Below, piece after piece: positions 22,329 to 35,770 of a stretch of DNA of 64,000 bases. A program made the translations under genes and the position numbers. The notes beneath the pieces are model-generated. The model had not been told where the DNA came from. It worked only from the letters and a program-made list of their open reading frames with translations, and did not search any database. Numbering within the stretch: the stretch's first letter is position 1; every line of letters starts with the position of its first letter. Origin of the DNA: Octopus sinensis. Taxonomy: Eukaryota. The stretch is from assembly GCF_006345805.1 (NCBI RefSeq), contig NC_043007.1, positions 47,802,001 through 47,866,000 on the forward strand. Direction: 5' to 3'.

Positions 22329-25300
22329 ATATGTTGACCCATTTTGTTTCAAAGTGGGGATACACCCGGCAGCCTGAAAGGCCCAGCGGCTATCCTTTCT
22401 TTTTCCAATGTTGATCAAGTCGGGTTACTAGCACCCACCTTTCTCATCACAGCCTTCTGTCGTTTCTCGAAAACACTTCGCGACAGGATATTCTCCTCTC
22501 CAGCCCTACCTTGCTCTTCAGATGATATCTGAAGTAAAGTAGCAAACCAGGGCCGGAGATGAAGGATCCCGTCACGAATCCTTGCATTCTAGTCCTCCAT
22601 ACACACTCTTTAAACACTGCAACTGTTCAGAGAAAACATGCCTCACTTTCCTTTGAGAGTCCAGCTGGCGGTACAATCTTTATCATAGACTCAGCTGATA
22701 GCTGTACTCTCCCTAGATGCGACAACATGACAGCTCCCGACATTTTGGACATGTCGGTGGCGCTGACATTCTGTGCCTGGATAACTTCTCGGGAACAGGT
22801 AAAGCGTTCCTGTAACACTGCCAGGTAAGGGATTTTTGTTAATTATCCAAATACCCTAGCCTGAAAGTTTTTCGAAACAGGTTGGCAAGTTGGTTCTCGT
22901 CGAACCCCAGAGCTCCTCCTAGAACGTATCTACCAGCCCTTTGTAGAACACTGAGGTGGTATTCCCACTGCCGACCTTGCCCGTCTCGTGGATAAGCACG
23001 AGTGCTTGTCGACACTCCTTTTGCTATACAGTCAGGTTACGTCTTTTAATGAAACCGGGTTTGAATCTCTCCAAGGAGGCTGGTCGCGGAAAGAATTCTA
23101 CCAGCGGATTCCACACCTTATCAACTTCCAGGTAGAGCCAGAGATGCCTCAGCCTCAACGTATGTCTGCGCATCATTAGCCAGGGCATCCCTAACTCACC
23201 CTTAAGCGATTCCTGGCAGCAAACGGAGCACCTCACAAGTGGCATTCCTTCCACAAAAAGCGGAAAAGGAGGCGTTCCAACCTGTTTATCCACGAATCGG
23301 GACAAGGGACAACGGTCAGGCGGTAGGTAATAACAGATACAATAAACACATGTACCACCTCCGCCCTTCCTTTCAAGGACAGAGCCCTTCCGGACCAAGT
23401 CCAGGCTAGAGCCTCCACCTTGTCTGCCACCTTGTTCCAATTCTTCTCCGTCTGGGAGTCTGGTCCAAACCAAGCTCCAAGCAACTTAACAGGACCACCT
23501 GTCCAGTGATCTACGACACTGGACAATATTGACATGCTCCTCCAGGTGCCAAGACGCAAGCCGATGGACTTGTCCTTGTTAACTTTTGCCCCTGCCACCG
23601 CCTTGTATCCTTTGATAGCGTCCTCTACACAAGGTAGCTGTACTTCATTGGACACGATGAAAGTGATGTCACCGTCTTACCGAATCCAATTTCATTAGGG
23701 TTGCCTAACAACTTCTCCAACTTCCGCAGCAATGGCTCAAGAGACAATACGTACAGAAGCGTAGATAGAGGACGCCCTTGACGAACTGAGTGCCTGATCG
23801 AAAACGGCTCCGACAGGTATCCGTTTATCTGGACGGTGGATTTGATGCCGCTATACATGGCGGAGATCCACCTACGGAAGTCTGGGCCCAGCCCAGCCGC
23901 TTCGAGGACCGCCGCTAGGTACTGGTGGTCTACACTATCAAACACTTTACTTTGGTCTAAATGGACCATTGCCCCACCTTTGTCAGTTAATTTACCCAAC
24001 CTGTCTAAGGTGTATCGTATAAGGTGAAGATTGTCCAGAATCGACCTGCATGGGATGGCGCACGTCTGTGCCTTCCTATCAAGTTTCTCCACAATACGAG
24101 TCAACCTTTGGCTAACACCTTGGCCAAAATCTTTAACTCTACGTTAAGTAGAGTTATGGGCCTATAATTATTAATATTATCTCCCTTACTCGGATCCTTC
24201 TGGATCAGCGTCACTGCTCCCCAACTCACAGAGCTGGGAATCCTCCTATTCTGTTGCCAGTTTGTGTAGACGCTGGCCAGCAGGTCTCCGAACAAGTCCG
24301 GCATACTACGATAAAATTCATAGAGTAAACCATCCAGCCCCGGCGACTTGTCCCCGGCGCACTCGGCCAATACCTCTTTTAGCTCTGCAGGAGTAATCGG
24401 TCCTTCACAGCATTCCACTTACCGTGCCGAGAGTCGTGGCACACCGGCTAGGAAGTCCTTTAAGGGCTCCCACGCTCAAGTGCGTCGCTCTCCCCAAACA
24501 ACCGGGCGAAATGCTGGTGAAAGGCCTTTTGCATAATTTCATGTCCATAGATCTTCCGCCCCTGCTCGTCAGTTAAACACTTTATAGAGGCTTTTTTGTC
24601 CCTCTGACTTTCCACACGACTTGCTCATTCGGCAATGTTAACACCATCTCGACCTATTGGACGTAACTTAGCTTTAACTATGCTGCCTTCGTGTTTGGCT
24701 TTGAGGTGACGGTACAAGATCGTTCTCGCTGCCTGCTCTATAGAAGCAGAGCCAGACTCCATAGCCTCATCTAAATTCTTAACTAATTCCCCTTCTATTC
24801 TAGATCTATCTAAACTTAGCTGATTGCTAAATCTAATAGACTCTAAACGAATGGCTCTCTTTTGGGCGTACCACCATCTATTATTAATGATGGCGCCACA
24901 TAGTACCCTCTGTACTAACACCTTAACCCAGGTGTTATAGACTTGTTCATCTTCCAGAACCCAGGTGCCTGTCTATGACATTTATCTATATGTACCTCAC
25001 ACGTCACAAATCTGTGATCCGTGTAAAGAACAATACAAAATTGTGGACAACTAAAAGTATCCTTATCTCTATCTATAACGAATACCTTATCTATGTAAGA
25101 TCTGCGTGAGCTGTCGTTATTACTCCACTGTGGAACGCTTGGCTCATCCAGTCTGTAACGGTCTACTAGATTATAGCTCTCTAGTAGACCCTTGAGGCCA
25201 GGATTTCCCTTCTTATCAGTCGAGCCAACACTACCCACCCGTGCATCGAGGATAGTGTTAAAGCGCCTAACAGAACTACTGTTTTTGATGTCATTAAAAA

Positions 25301-26330
25301 GTGCTCCAGGTCGCAAAAAAACCCAGACTGCCTACACTCGTTATGAGCGTAGACAGCTACCAACCTGAAAGGCTGTTTACTTTCGTGAGTCACATCCAGG
25401 ATGACCAGCCTATCTTCTAGGTCCAGAAAGACAGTACTTACCTGCACGTCCAAGTTCTTCCTGAAAAAGACCACCACGCCTCCTCCTCGTCGGCCAGAAG
25501 AAATAAATTTCTCATAGCCATTCAGAAGAGGCGAGCCCAATTGTAGTTTACTCATCTTGGACTCAGTTGCAATGGCTACATCTATATCTCGTGTCCTGAA
25601 GTCGTCCAAGAAACAAACCTGTTTCCATTTCGACCCCAGTCCACGCACATTTATGCACCCTAACTTAATCATCGTTGAAAAAAATAAAAGGAAGGGATAA
25701 CCTACAGTTTCAATTTGGAGAGGGGCTGCACAACTCCGCCTGCATCCCCATCTTTCTCTTTATTTGGTGTGGCCGCTGGGCTTTTCGATGGTGTCGCCGT
25801 AGGACTTTCCCTTGGTATGGCTGCCGGGCTAACAATTAACTTGCACTCAGCCACTTCCGCACTCACATCTCTAATGTCATCTGAGTAGCGTGATTTAAGC
25901 TCCGTATATAGTTTCCTCCAGCTCAAATCGAACGTCAGTTTTATTGGCCTTTGATACTTTGTAAGCTCTTGTTTGTGGTGTGTTCTAATAATTGTGTTTA
26001 ATACCTCGTTTTTTTTCACTGAATGCTATTATTTTTTCTTTTTTTCTATGTATTTTGGGGAGAGGTTTAGCAAATTGTTTTACCGTGGCACTGGATTGGG
26101 GAGTTTGGTTATGTGTGTCTGCATGCTTCGATGATTTTTTTGTTTGGGGAAGGGAGTCCGGGACATGTGCTTTCTACCGCTTATACGTTACAGTAGTGAA
26201 GTCCATATCTTCGCTTGCGTCTTTTTTTCAGTGTTTCAGGCAAAGGTGTTAGTAAATATGGTAGGATTCAGTTTGCTCAATTGAAAGGTGTGGCCTCTAG
26301 GGCAAAGTTCCTCATCTTTAAAGTGTGGCC
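22140..26330 (-). mobile_element. Tx1/L1-like LINE (second family), decayed
   Basis: APE start MIKLGCINVRGLGSKW (25672); KSPGLDG, NYRPITLLNVELKILAKVLA, HLDQSKVFDSVDH, SVRQGRPLS, LSLKGRAEV; many frameshifts. (TA)n interrupts the 3' UTR. Ends are approximate. Confidence 0.88.
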
Positions 26331-27750
26331 CGCGTAGACCTGAATGAAATCGAGTTATAATACCGAAACAAATAAAACAATGTTAAACTATTTTAATCCC
26401 GAGAAAGTACGGGTTTCTCTGCTATCTATATATATATATATAAAAGAGGCTTTGGGTCAATATTGTATGCACGTTTTGCTATGTCAGAGGTTGGCGGCCA
26501 CACCAGTGGTCAGATCGAGCGGAAAATTGACACAGGCATAGAAGGCGTGATGAGGCAGAGTTGAGTAGGTTAAAACTCACCATCTGGAAAGATGCGGTTG
26601 CTATGGTGAGAAGATTCATGGGGTCTCTAAGCCCCTCCAGATTGGCGCGTTTGGTATCTAATCCTATCTATAAAATGAAGAAGGCGAATGTTGATACAAA
26701 TTGATTTTTATGTAAAAAGGGGTCTAAATGAGGCTGGAAGGGGATTCAAATTAACAGGAGGGGGGAAATTGATTGGGAGACGTTTTGTGGCACTACAGTG
26801 GTTGCTTTGGTGTGAAAACTGGGATTTTATTGAATTTGGGGGACACTTGATGGTCTAGATCGGACACCTTTTACCCGATTTCGATCAAATTTTCAACATA
26901 GTAAAGTGAAAGCGGATTTGTAATTTAAACGCGGAAATCTAATTTTTTTATAAATGGCAGAGAGATAGATAGAGAAAGATACAGAGTAAGAGAAAGCGAG
27001 GGAAAGTCCGAGAGAAAGGAAGAGTAAGAGAGTGGGAAAATAAGAAAGGATAGAGAAACAAAGAGGGAGAATGTGGCGATAAGAAACAGAAAGGAAGCAA
27101 CAGAAAGTAACAACCACAACCTCACCCGCGCGTAGAGCGGGTCACTTAAGCTAGTATATATATATAACCTGAACTAACTAGATGTAAGTGAAAAAAGAAA
27201 AAAAAGATAAGTAATAGTAAAACAAAAGTGCTGAGATATAGAGATAATAAGTTTTTAGAAAGAGAAAGTGAAAGGAAGGGAGGAAAAAGAGAGAGATAGA
27301 GAAAGGCAGGCAGATCAGAGAATAAGAGTAGACTTGTCAAAGTGTGCGTTTTTTGCCCTAGTAATCCATAGGGATTTCTAACCTAGCCCACTCACATCTT
27401 CACCTCATTTTACATGTCCCTGTAAATTTTGGAGTCAATCCGACGGAATCTAGTGGCCTTTAACCCGTTCCAATGCCAAAACCAGACAAACAAACTTTTC
27501 GCATTTCAGATTTATAGATATTGATATATACGTATGTATGTGTTTATGTATTTATGTATGTGTGTGTGTATGCACGTACGTACGCATGTGCGTATGTATG
27601 TATATGCGCACGTATGCATGTGCGTATGTATGTGTGTATGTGTGTACATGTACGTGCGTATGTACGTGTGTATGCCCATACACATGTATGTATGTTTGTA
27701 CTTATATGCTACGTATGTATGTGAGTATCTAGGAGAATGAGCAGACGCAA

Positions 27751-27794
<44 letters not shown>

Positions 27795-28519
27795 ATGTGT
27801 ATGTGCATGTGAACGTATGCCCGTGTACTGGTATGTGTCCGTCCAAGTTGTATACATGACTGTTACTTTGTTGAAGGTTGTATATATACACACATATATG
27901 TTTGTATAGACGCACACACACATATATATATATATGTGTGGGTGTGTGTTTGTTCCCCTCATCATCGTCTAACGGTGAATAGATAAAACGTTTAGGTGCA
28001 GCAGTGCACATATAACCATATACATATACACAAGTACACACAATCATATAGACACACTCATAAATATACATATAATCTTAAATCATATACTCATATATGG
28101 TTATTCACTTCTACATACATATGTATTATTACACACATACACACACACGCGCACACACACATATACACACGCATAAACATACATACGCATACACACACAT
28201 ACATACATAAATATGACACAGTATTCAAGGGCAACGGTTAAAAATCGAACATGCATTATATTAACCTATCTGCTCTTTTTTTTTATATATATGCTTAAAC
28301 GCATACATATACAATACATACATCCATCCATACATACTCATATGCGCATGCATTTTTTTTTAGCACCACACACGCACATACGTATCAAACAACGTACGCT
28401 TATACGGTTATATATAACTGCACATATGTGTTTTAGCACCACTCATATCAACATGTATGTAAGGATCACATGTAAACGAGTGAGAGGGGTGGTTATAGAA
28501 TGGTCCTCCTGAATGGGAT

Positions 28520-28780
28520 CTAGATATCAGTCCATCCGTATTTTCGGTTGAAAGTAGGTTTGTATTCTTGTATACAAACAGCTTCTGTGATCTGTCTCAA
28601 CATTGCATCGGTGGGATGTGTTGATAGGATGTTTAACTTAAATTTCCCTAAGGATCCCTTGTGGCAGTCTAGATCATGTTGATAGAAGATGGAGTTTGGT
28701 TTCCTTACAATGTAGTTGTCCAGGTGTTCTTTGAACCTATCATTGATACTCCTAGAAGTCTCACCCATGTATGACTCTGG
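28520..28780 (-). pseudogene. C-terminal GIY-YIG endonuclease fragment of a Penelope-like element (copy 1)
   Basis: YMGETSRSINDRFKEH...LRQITEAVCIQEYKPTFNRKYGW* carries the GIY-YIG Y-x-G, R..EH, E and N motifs. Confidence 0.8.
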
Positions 28781-29581
28781 GTTATATATATATATGTTTC
28801 TCTGTGTGTTTGCATATATGTATATGTGTGTGTGTGTGTGTGGTGTGTGTGTGTGTACATGTGTATGTGCATGTGAACGTATGCCCGTGTACTGGTATGT
28901 GTCCGTCCAAGTTGTATACATGACTGTTACTTTGTTGAAGGTTGTATATATACACACATATATGTTTGTATAGACGCACACACACATATATATATATATG
29001 TGTGGGTGTGTGTTTGTTCCCCTCATCATCGTCTAACGGTGAATAGATAAAACGTTTAGGTGCAGCAGTGCACATATAACCATATACATATACACAAGTA
29101 CACACAATCATATAGACACACTCATAAATATACATATAATCTTAAATCATATACTCATATATGGTTATTCACTTCTACATACATATGTATTATTACACAC
29201 ATACACACACACGCGCACACACACATATACACACGCATAAACATACATACGCATACACACACATACATACATAAATATGACACAGTATTCAAGGGCAACG
29301 GTTAAAAATCGAACATGCATTATATTAACCTATCTGCTCTTTTTTTTATATATATGCTTAAACGCATACATATACAATACATACATCCATCCATACATAC
29401 TCATATGCGCATGCATTTTTTTTTAGCACCACACACGCACATACGTATCAAAAACGTACGCTTATACGGTTATATATAACTGCACATATGTGTTTTAGCA
29501 CCACTCATATCAACATGTATGTAAGGATCACATGTAAACGAGTGAGAGGGGTGGTTATAGAATGGTCCTCCTGAATGGGAT

Positions 29582-29842
29582 CTAGATATCAGTCCATCCG
29601 TATTTTCGGTTGAAAGTAGGTTTGTATTCTTGTATACAAACAGCTTCTGTGATCTGTCTCAACATTGCATCGGTGGGATGTGTTGATAGGATGTTTAACT
29701 TAAATTTCCCTAAGGATCCCTTGTGGCAGTCTAGATCATGTTGATAGAAGATGGAGTTTGGTTTCCTTACAATGTAGTTGTCCAGGTGTTCTTTGAACCT
29801 ATCATTGATACTCCTAGAAGTCTCACCCATGTATGACTCTGG
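29582..29842 (-). pseudogene. C-terminal GIY-YIG endonuclease fragment of a Penelope-like element (copy 2)
   Basis: Identical translation to copy 1. Confidence 0.8.
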
Positions 29843-29880
29843 GTTATATATATATATGTTTCTCTGTGTGTTTGCATATA

Positions 29881-29920
<40 letters not shown>

Positions 29921-30034
29921 GGTGTGTATAAAATATAAATGTTTTTTATGTTCATTTACAATTTTACATTAATCTGGCGAGATCTCTATACTTTTGTAGA
30001 GTACAAATTTATTATTCTTATACAAGAATGTTGT

Positions 30035-30083
30035 TGACAGTGACTCTGAAGTTTCGACCAGCTAAGCCATCGTCGGACTGTCA
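30035..30083 (-). ncRNA. Hammerhead ribozyme-like motif with variant core
   Basis: Minus strand TGACAGT-CCGACGA-TGGCTTAGCTGGTC-GAAAC-TTCAGA-GTC-ACTGTCA: 7-bp stem I and GUC site; core reads CCGACGA. Confidence 0.6.
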
Positions 30084-30558
30084 TGCATTAGAGTTATTGT
30101 TATCTCCCTGTAGAGAGCCATGACATGCCTGAATAATAAATCAAACCTTAAGAATGAACACAGGAAGCATTCTAAATTATTACAAGTAAAGACGGGGCCA
30201 GCCTAGACTTATCACATACCTACATTTTTTTATGGAAAAAAATTGACACACCCAATTACAACGCTTAAAATACTGACTTTGCACCTTTGGCGTCTATATT
30301 GTCTAAGCAAAATAATACTAAAAGCAACAAAAATACTCTCACTACCAAACAAAAGAGAAAGAGATACTGGCTTGTTTACAAAGTTCTACATGCTTGAATG
30401 AATTCTAAATAAATTTAATCAATAAAATTTTTTCCCAAACACCCTTCCATAAAATCCGACCATAAAAAGCTAATTACAACCCCATTCAAATCCACACACC
30501 AAAAAATATTTTAAACTCAACAGAGACCATGTGAAGGCAAGGTTAACTCAAATGCATC

Positions 30559-30603
30559 ACAGTCCGATGTTGGCTTAGCTGGCTGAAACTTCGAAGTCAC
30601 TGT
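30559..30603 (+). ncRNA. Hammerhead ribozyme-like motif, inverted partner of 30035-30083
   Basis: ACAGT-CCGATGT-TGGCTTAGCTGGCT-GAAAC-TTCGAA-GTC-ACTGT; stem III ACTTCGAAGT is a perfect 10-nt palindrome. Confidence 0.55.
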
Positions 30604-30819
30604 CAACAACATTCTTGTATATATATATATATATATATATGTAGGGAGAGAGAGAGAGAGAGAGGGGAAATAGAGGTAGAAGGTAGAAGGTGAGAGAGAA
30701 GCTTAGTAGAATACAGAATTTCAGAGAAGCCTTGTCGAATGTGTGCATTGCAGATTTATCATTAAAGCACACCGGACAACAATAGTGCAAGTTTTTTCCC
30801 CGGGTGCTCCTTATTGAGC

Positions 30820-30905
30820 TTGGGTTGATGAGCACTGAATAAGAGGTTTCCACAAAGTTGATAGACACATTCTTTGCAAAAAACCAAAAGAACTGGCTGT
30901 AGTTT
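30820..30905 (+). pseudogene. Very decayed LINE RT remnant (CR1/L2-like)
   Basis: Translation VDEH*IRGFHKVDRHILCKKPKELAV resembles VDVIYLDFxKAFDKVDHxILxxKLxxLG. Confidence 0.3.
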
Positions 30906-32139
30906 GAGTGTCGAGAGATCTTGCAGGTGGTGCGGCAGATGAATGTGTTACCGGCAGGGACTTACTCTCAGTTTAATCACACGAATATATATGGTTAAAA
31001 TGTTTACTTCGTAACAGCGATGTTCTTGGATCCAGCTAGTATCTTGAGAAAGTGTCTTCTAACATAGCCTCAAGTTGACCAATGTGAGGGGAATTTAGGC
31101 GATAGGAAACAAATTGTGAAATATATTTCCTCCATGTACTGTCATAGTGTAACTGCGTGTAAACCATTTCAGCATTTGGCGTTATAAGGTTTTGGTCGTG
31201 TGAGGGAGTTGAACGAACAAACCTAACGAAATGTTTTCAGTCAGCATCTTAGCTGTTTCGGATGGGTCAAAGGCGAAATACATTTGGTGCCAGAGACAAT
31301 GTAAAACGGCGTGAGCTTCGACCAGTTAGACAAAGCATATTTACTATCTTTTGTCTTTTGCTTGTTTCACCCATTAGACTGTGGTACGTTGGGGCACCGC
31401 CTCGGAGAAGTTTATTCGAATGAATCGACCCCAGTACCTATTTTATTTCAAGTACTGGTACTTATTCTATCGGTCTTTTTTGTTGAACTGCTTAGTTACG
31501 GGGACGTACGGCCGATAAAATGGTCGAGCGTAGCATATCTAAGTACGCTTGACCAGTAACAATACCTTAAAAGAAATATGTCCTATTAAACCTCTTGATG
31601 ATACTCCACCCCCGGCAAATTGATTGTTTTGTCCACATGCAAGCAGGAATTTTATGGTGTCCAACAAAAACAATTATATCGGTTCACCGTCCCATAAGCC
31701 TAAATTGTGCTTCATCAGACCACAGACTCGTCCTGATAAACCTCTCACGTACCATATGTTGAAACCACTCACAAACGTTGATTCTGCTTATTCCTGCCAT
31801 GCGTGCACATTGTGGCGAGTGTGTGAAATGTTCTAATACCATAGCAACACTTGTTACTGTACGATCTCTGACGGACTTTTTCCTTCTGTACATCACACAC
31901 GGAACTATGTGTTTCGAACGTATCACGAATCCGTGAAAATGTTAGGCGTGCTCCAATTTGAAATACCACTTAAAATGGACTTACGACCATTTTCTTACAG
32001 TTGCTCACAATAGCATCAGGTCATAAGAAAGTTTCTATTTTTTAAAATCTCAAAACAAAGCCCATTGGCTATTCCATATGTCAAATATCGAGCAAGCTAA
32101 ATTTTTCAAGAATGTATTGTTCTCGAAGAGTACTACAAC

Positions 32140-33900
32140 CAAAAGACCTTAAACAAAGACTCATTATAGCCTGTCCAGCATGTCCAACCTGTCCTACACA
32201 TCGTCTAAGCAACCTCATTGACATTATCCAAAAACCACTATGTAGTCACACCCAGTTTCATTCGGGATAACATCGATTTCCTGTCACGTTTGCCCAAAAC
32301 AACAGAATCCAATTCACGGTTAGTTTTGATGTAACAAACTTATATAAGAACGATTAGACGCGGTCAGCCTCATCCTAGTAAACAATACATTCTTTTCAAC
32401 GGAAAAAATCTACCTCCAAATTCGAGGCATAGCTATGGAGACGCGATTTGCTCCAGTTTTCGTGAACTCAGTATTGGGATACTTGGAACAAACCCTATAT
32501 AAAAAAAATTGAAGAGAACTATGGCATGACCTTTAGAAAACATATAGAGGACACATGGAAAAGATACCTCGATGATTGTTTCCTAATTTGGACCAAATCC
32601 CTAGAAAATCTGGAAGAATTCAGCACCCTCCTCAGCAATCTACGCTCTAGTCTCAAATTCACAAGAGAAATGAGCAACACACAATTACCATTTCTTAATA
32701 TAATGGTAATTAAAACAACACCACAATCACAACTGATATGTATTACAAAAGAACAGATACATACCAGCACCTAAATTCCAAATCTTGTTACCCAACACAC
32801 ACAAAACACAACAGCCCGTACTGTCTAGTCAAGTACTATAACAGATGATCCAAATACCAGGAATATACGGCTTATAGAACTCAAAAAAATTCTGCTCAAG
32901 CAAAGATACCCTCTCCTACTTATAGAAAATAGCATACAACTAGCAAAAGAGATACCTATAGAACAACATAGGATAACACGAGAAAGACGAATCCATCAAC
33001 GGAACAGAATACCATTTCTAGTAACACAAAATCTGCATCATCAAAACATTTGTAACATCATCAAAACAAATTTGCCAATCATGAAACAAAGTGAAAGATT
33101 TAAAATACATAATAACCAATCAAACACTTATCTTAAGCAAAAGGCAACCACATAACCTAAAGAAACTATTAACAAAGGCAAAATTCAACATGAACAAACA
33201 GGATAAAACATTCACAGTATCTAAGTGTAATAATAACAGATGTGGAACGTGTCAGTAATGCAGATATGAACTGCAAAAGCAGAAATTTGATGTACTGCAT
33301 CAAATGCCCGAATTGCGAGGACCTATACATTGGCGCGACAAGAAATGTCTTATCGGAACGCTCACGAGCCTACAGACAACAAATCCGGAGCACTAATGTT
33401 CGCCACATTCCATTGAGTGAACATATAGAAACATGTGGTAAGAAAATCTTTCCTTTGTACAAACTACATGACACAAGTGAGGTTGGAAGAAAGATAAAAG
33501 AAAAATGTTTTATTAAAATGTTCAAATCTGTTCGGAACGGAAATAAAAACAATGATATAACAACCAGTTAATGTTGTGGATTAAAAAATATCTTTAACAT
33601 ATGAATATAAACAAATCACAGAAAACTCCCACCAACTCATAAAACCATTACATGTAAACAGCAAGCTAATTGGTTAACATAAAGGCGGGATCTATGCCAG
33701 TAATATCGGTGTTCCGGCAAACCGTGATGTTTAAGCTGCATGCGGATTGGTCAAAACTGCATTCGAAAAATTCAGCTTGTTGAAGCCTTCTAAGAGGTAT
33801 AAAAAAGGAAAAGTCAGTAATTTTACTACAGTTGTCAAGAACTCAACTGTCTGTTAAATACATTTTGAAATCTGATGATTACTATGAAAGTGCTAATTGA
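32140..33900 (+). mobile_element. Penelope-like element (RT + Cys-rich linker + GIY-YIG), decayed and 5'-truncated
   Basis: GIAMETRFAPVF..SVLGYLE (~32430), WKRYLDDCFLIW (~32555), KCNNNRCGTC (~33222-33252), and NLMYCIKCPNCEDLYIGAT...ER (GIY-YIG). The Cys-rich linker resembles the Neptune/Naiad groups. Confidence 0.88.
33869..33898 (+). ncRNA. Possible minimal hammerhead in the PLE 3' region
   Basis: AAT-CTGATGA-TTACTAT-GAAA-GTGC-TA-ATT: intact cores, almost no stem II, near-palindromic stem III (AGTGCT versus AGCGCT), ~300 nt after the GIY-YIG stop. Confidence 0.4.
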
Positions 33901-34029
33901 ACTTTATGAACATTACATAATTATTTTTTTAATGTTTAACACATTTCAACATTGTGAAAAGATCTTTTCAATATACAAAATAAAAATCGTGAAAATTCTT
34001 TGTAAGCCTAGTATTTCAATCGGTTTCTT

Positions 34030-34285
34030 TTGTTGAACCGCTAAGTTACAGAGGACATAAGCACACCAGGATCGGTTGTCAAGCGATGACGGATGACAAA
34101 CAGGCAGATACACACACATATATACGACGGGCTTCTTTCAGTCTCTGTCTACCAAATCCACTCACAAGGCTTTGGTCGGACCGATGCTATAGTAGAAGAC
34201 GCACGCCCAAGATGGCCACGCAGTGGATTGAATTCTGAACCATGTAGTTGGGAAGCAAGCTTCTTACTACAGAACCGCGCCTATA
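34030..34285 (-). mobile_element. SINE family B copy (partial)
   Basis: Reverse complement of TACGACGGGCTTCTTTCAGTCTCTGTCTACCAAATCCACTCACAAGGC matches the family B body. Confidence 0.8.
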
Positions 34286-34559
34286 CATAACGACACCTAA
34301 ATATAATATAATATAATATAATATAATATAATATAATATATTATAATATGATATAATGTAATATAATATAATATAACCGCTAAAGAAACACGAGACGTGT
34401 GTGAATGTGAAATGTGTTTTAATTTCATTATGTCAGAGATTAATTTTGATAAATCTGATAAAGTCAATTTCTTTGATGCACTTTGACCACAGTTATGGGT
34501 CGTTGCCATGTGTTCTGGTAGTGGGCAGATCCAGCACATCGAGATTGTAGGGCGTGACA

Positions 34560-35770
34560 TGTTCAAAACCGTGTATGCCCTCGCTAGGTGTTCAAAATGG
34601 CCATATACCTATTTCTTTATTACCCACAAGGGGCTAAACATAGAGGGGACAAACAAGGACAGACATAGGTGTTAAGTCGATTACATCGACTCCTGGGCGT
34701 AACTGGTACTTAATTTATCGACCCCGAAAGGATGAAAGGCAAAGTCGACCTCGGTGGAATTTGAATCAGAACGTAGCAGCAGACGAAATACCTCTAAGCA
34801 TTTCGCCCGGCGTGCTAACGTTTCTGCCAGCTCGCCGCCTTATACCGGCGGCACATGGAGTGCATGAGGCGGTTCGGCCTTGGGACCACCTGGTTCAGCC
34901 GTCCCTAGATTTCATCCCACATGTGTTCAAATTGGGTTCAGAACCGGCTACGGCATGGTTCTGATATTGTGCTGACGCAAGAAATCCATAGTCACCCTGG
35001 CCGTGTGGGAGGGAGCACATTGTCCTGCTGGAACACATGGCTATGGTGATGCGCGAAGAAGGCACGATGTGAAGTCTTAGGATCTGGTCAACGTAGCGCT
35101 TGATGCCATTCCCACTGTGTAGCCCACTGTAGTCGTGCCCGACAGTGGCGGGCGGTGAGGACAGGTCCTCGAGCAGGACCACAGCAACACAGGTTGCTGG
35201 CGGCCAGTCGACGTCGTGCTGTGTCGTCGCTGATGAGTCGCTGTCCAGTGCCAATGGTCTCATGAGCTGTCACGCTGGCCGGTCTGAAGCGATCACAGAA
35301 GTGTTGCAAGTGGGTGAAGCGGTCCTGCCTGGGCCTGGTCACTCGGGCGCGACCTCTGCGGGTACGGTCTGCAGTATTGTTGGTGTTGCTTTATCGCTGT
35401 TGCTGGCGATATATGGTATTGACATGGATATTGCAAGCTTTCGCAACAACCAGGGCATGCTGCCCTGCTTGCAATCGGCCGATAGCTTGTTGTTTCTGAG
35501 CTGCTGACAATCGGGTCATACTAGATGCGTCCAAATTACAAATGCCAGGAACGCGGTTCAAGTTGATTTTTGTACCTATAACCTCCACGAGATGCACGTG
35601 CATTTCGATTTTCATGACAATTGTTTGCGACTGCTACCCACGGCATTCAACGCAGTTGCGTTTTGGCGTCTCATTTCAGGGAAAGTTGAAAGGTTTCCTG
35701 CAATCTGGGTCTCAGCCATAAGTCAGCATGTCTTAGAATATTTACACTTACATCCCCGAAATAAAATTTC
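34560..35770 (-). mobile_element. Decayed Tc1 transposon (second family) interrupted by a SINE
   Basis: MTRLSAAQKQQAIGRLQAG N-terminus, TRPRQDRF..RRRLAA..GPVLTARH..RLQWA, AGSEPNLN (DWPAxSPDLN-like), and C-terminal GHTRF* at ~34565; frameshifted. Confidence 0.75.
34610..34840 (-). mobile_element. Full-length SINE family A monomer with 6-bp TSD
   Basis: Head AGGCGGCGAGCTGGCAGAAACGTTAG through tail AAAGAAATA; TSD TATACC at 34604-34609 and 34841-34846. Confidence 0.9.

Larger units (their letters stand above)
27752..29917. repeat. Near-identical ~1064-bp tandem duplication with (TG)n at the breakpoints
   Basis: GTACATGTGTATGTGCATGTGAACG at 27791 and 28855; units differ mainly in homopolymer and microsatellite lengths. 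Confidence 0.95.

Noticed and set aside
27950-28005. Possible decayed hammerhead (AAACGTTT palindrome) in the tandem duplication
   Set aside because: Too many changes are needed to recover CUGANGA and GAAA.
30575-30868. 97-aa minus-strand ORF with CCPVC as a host gene
   Set aside because: It runs into microsatellite, and the opposite strand resembles a decayed RT motif.
33180-33570. Selenoprotein-type (UGA) Naiad PLE
   Set aside because: No in-frame TGA at the cysteine positions.
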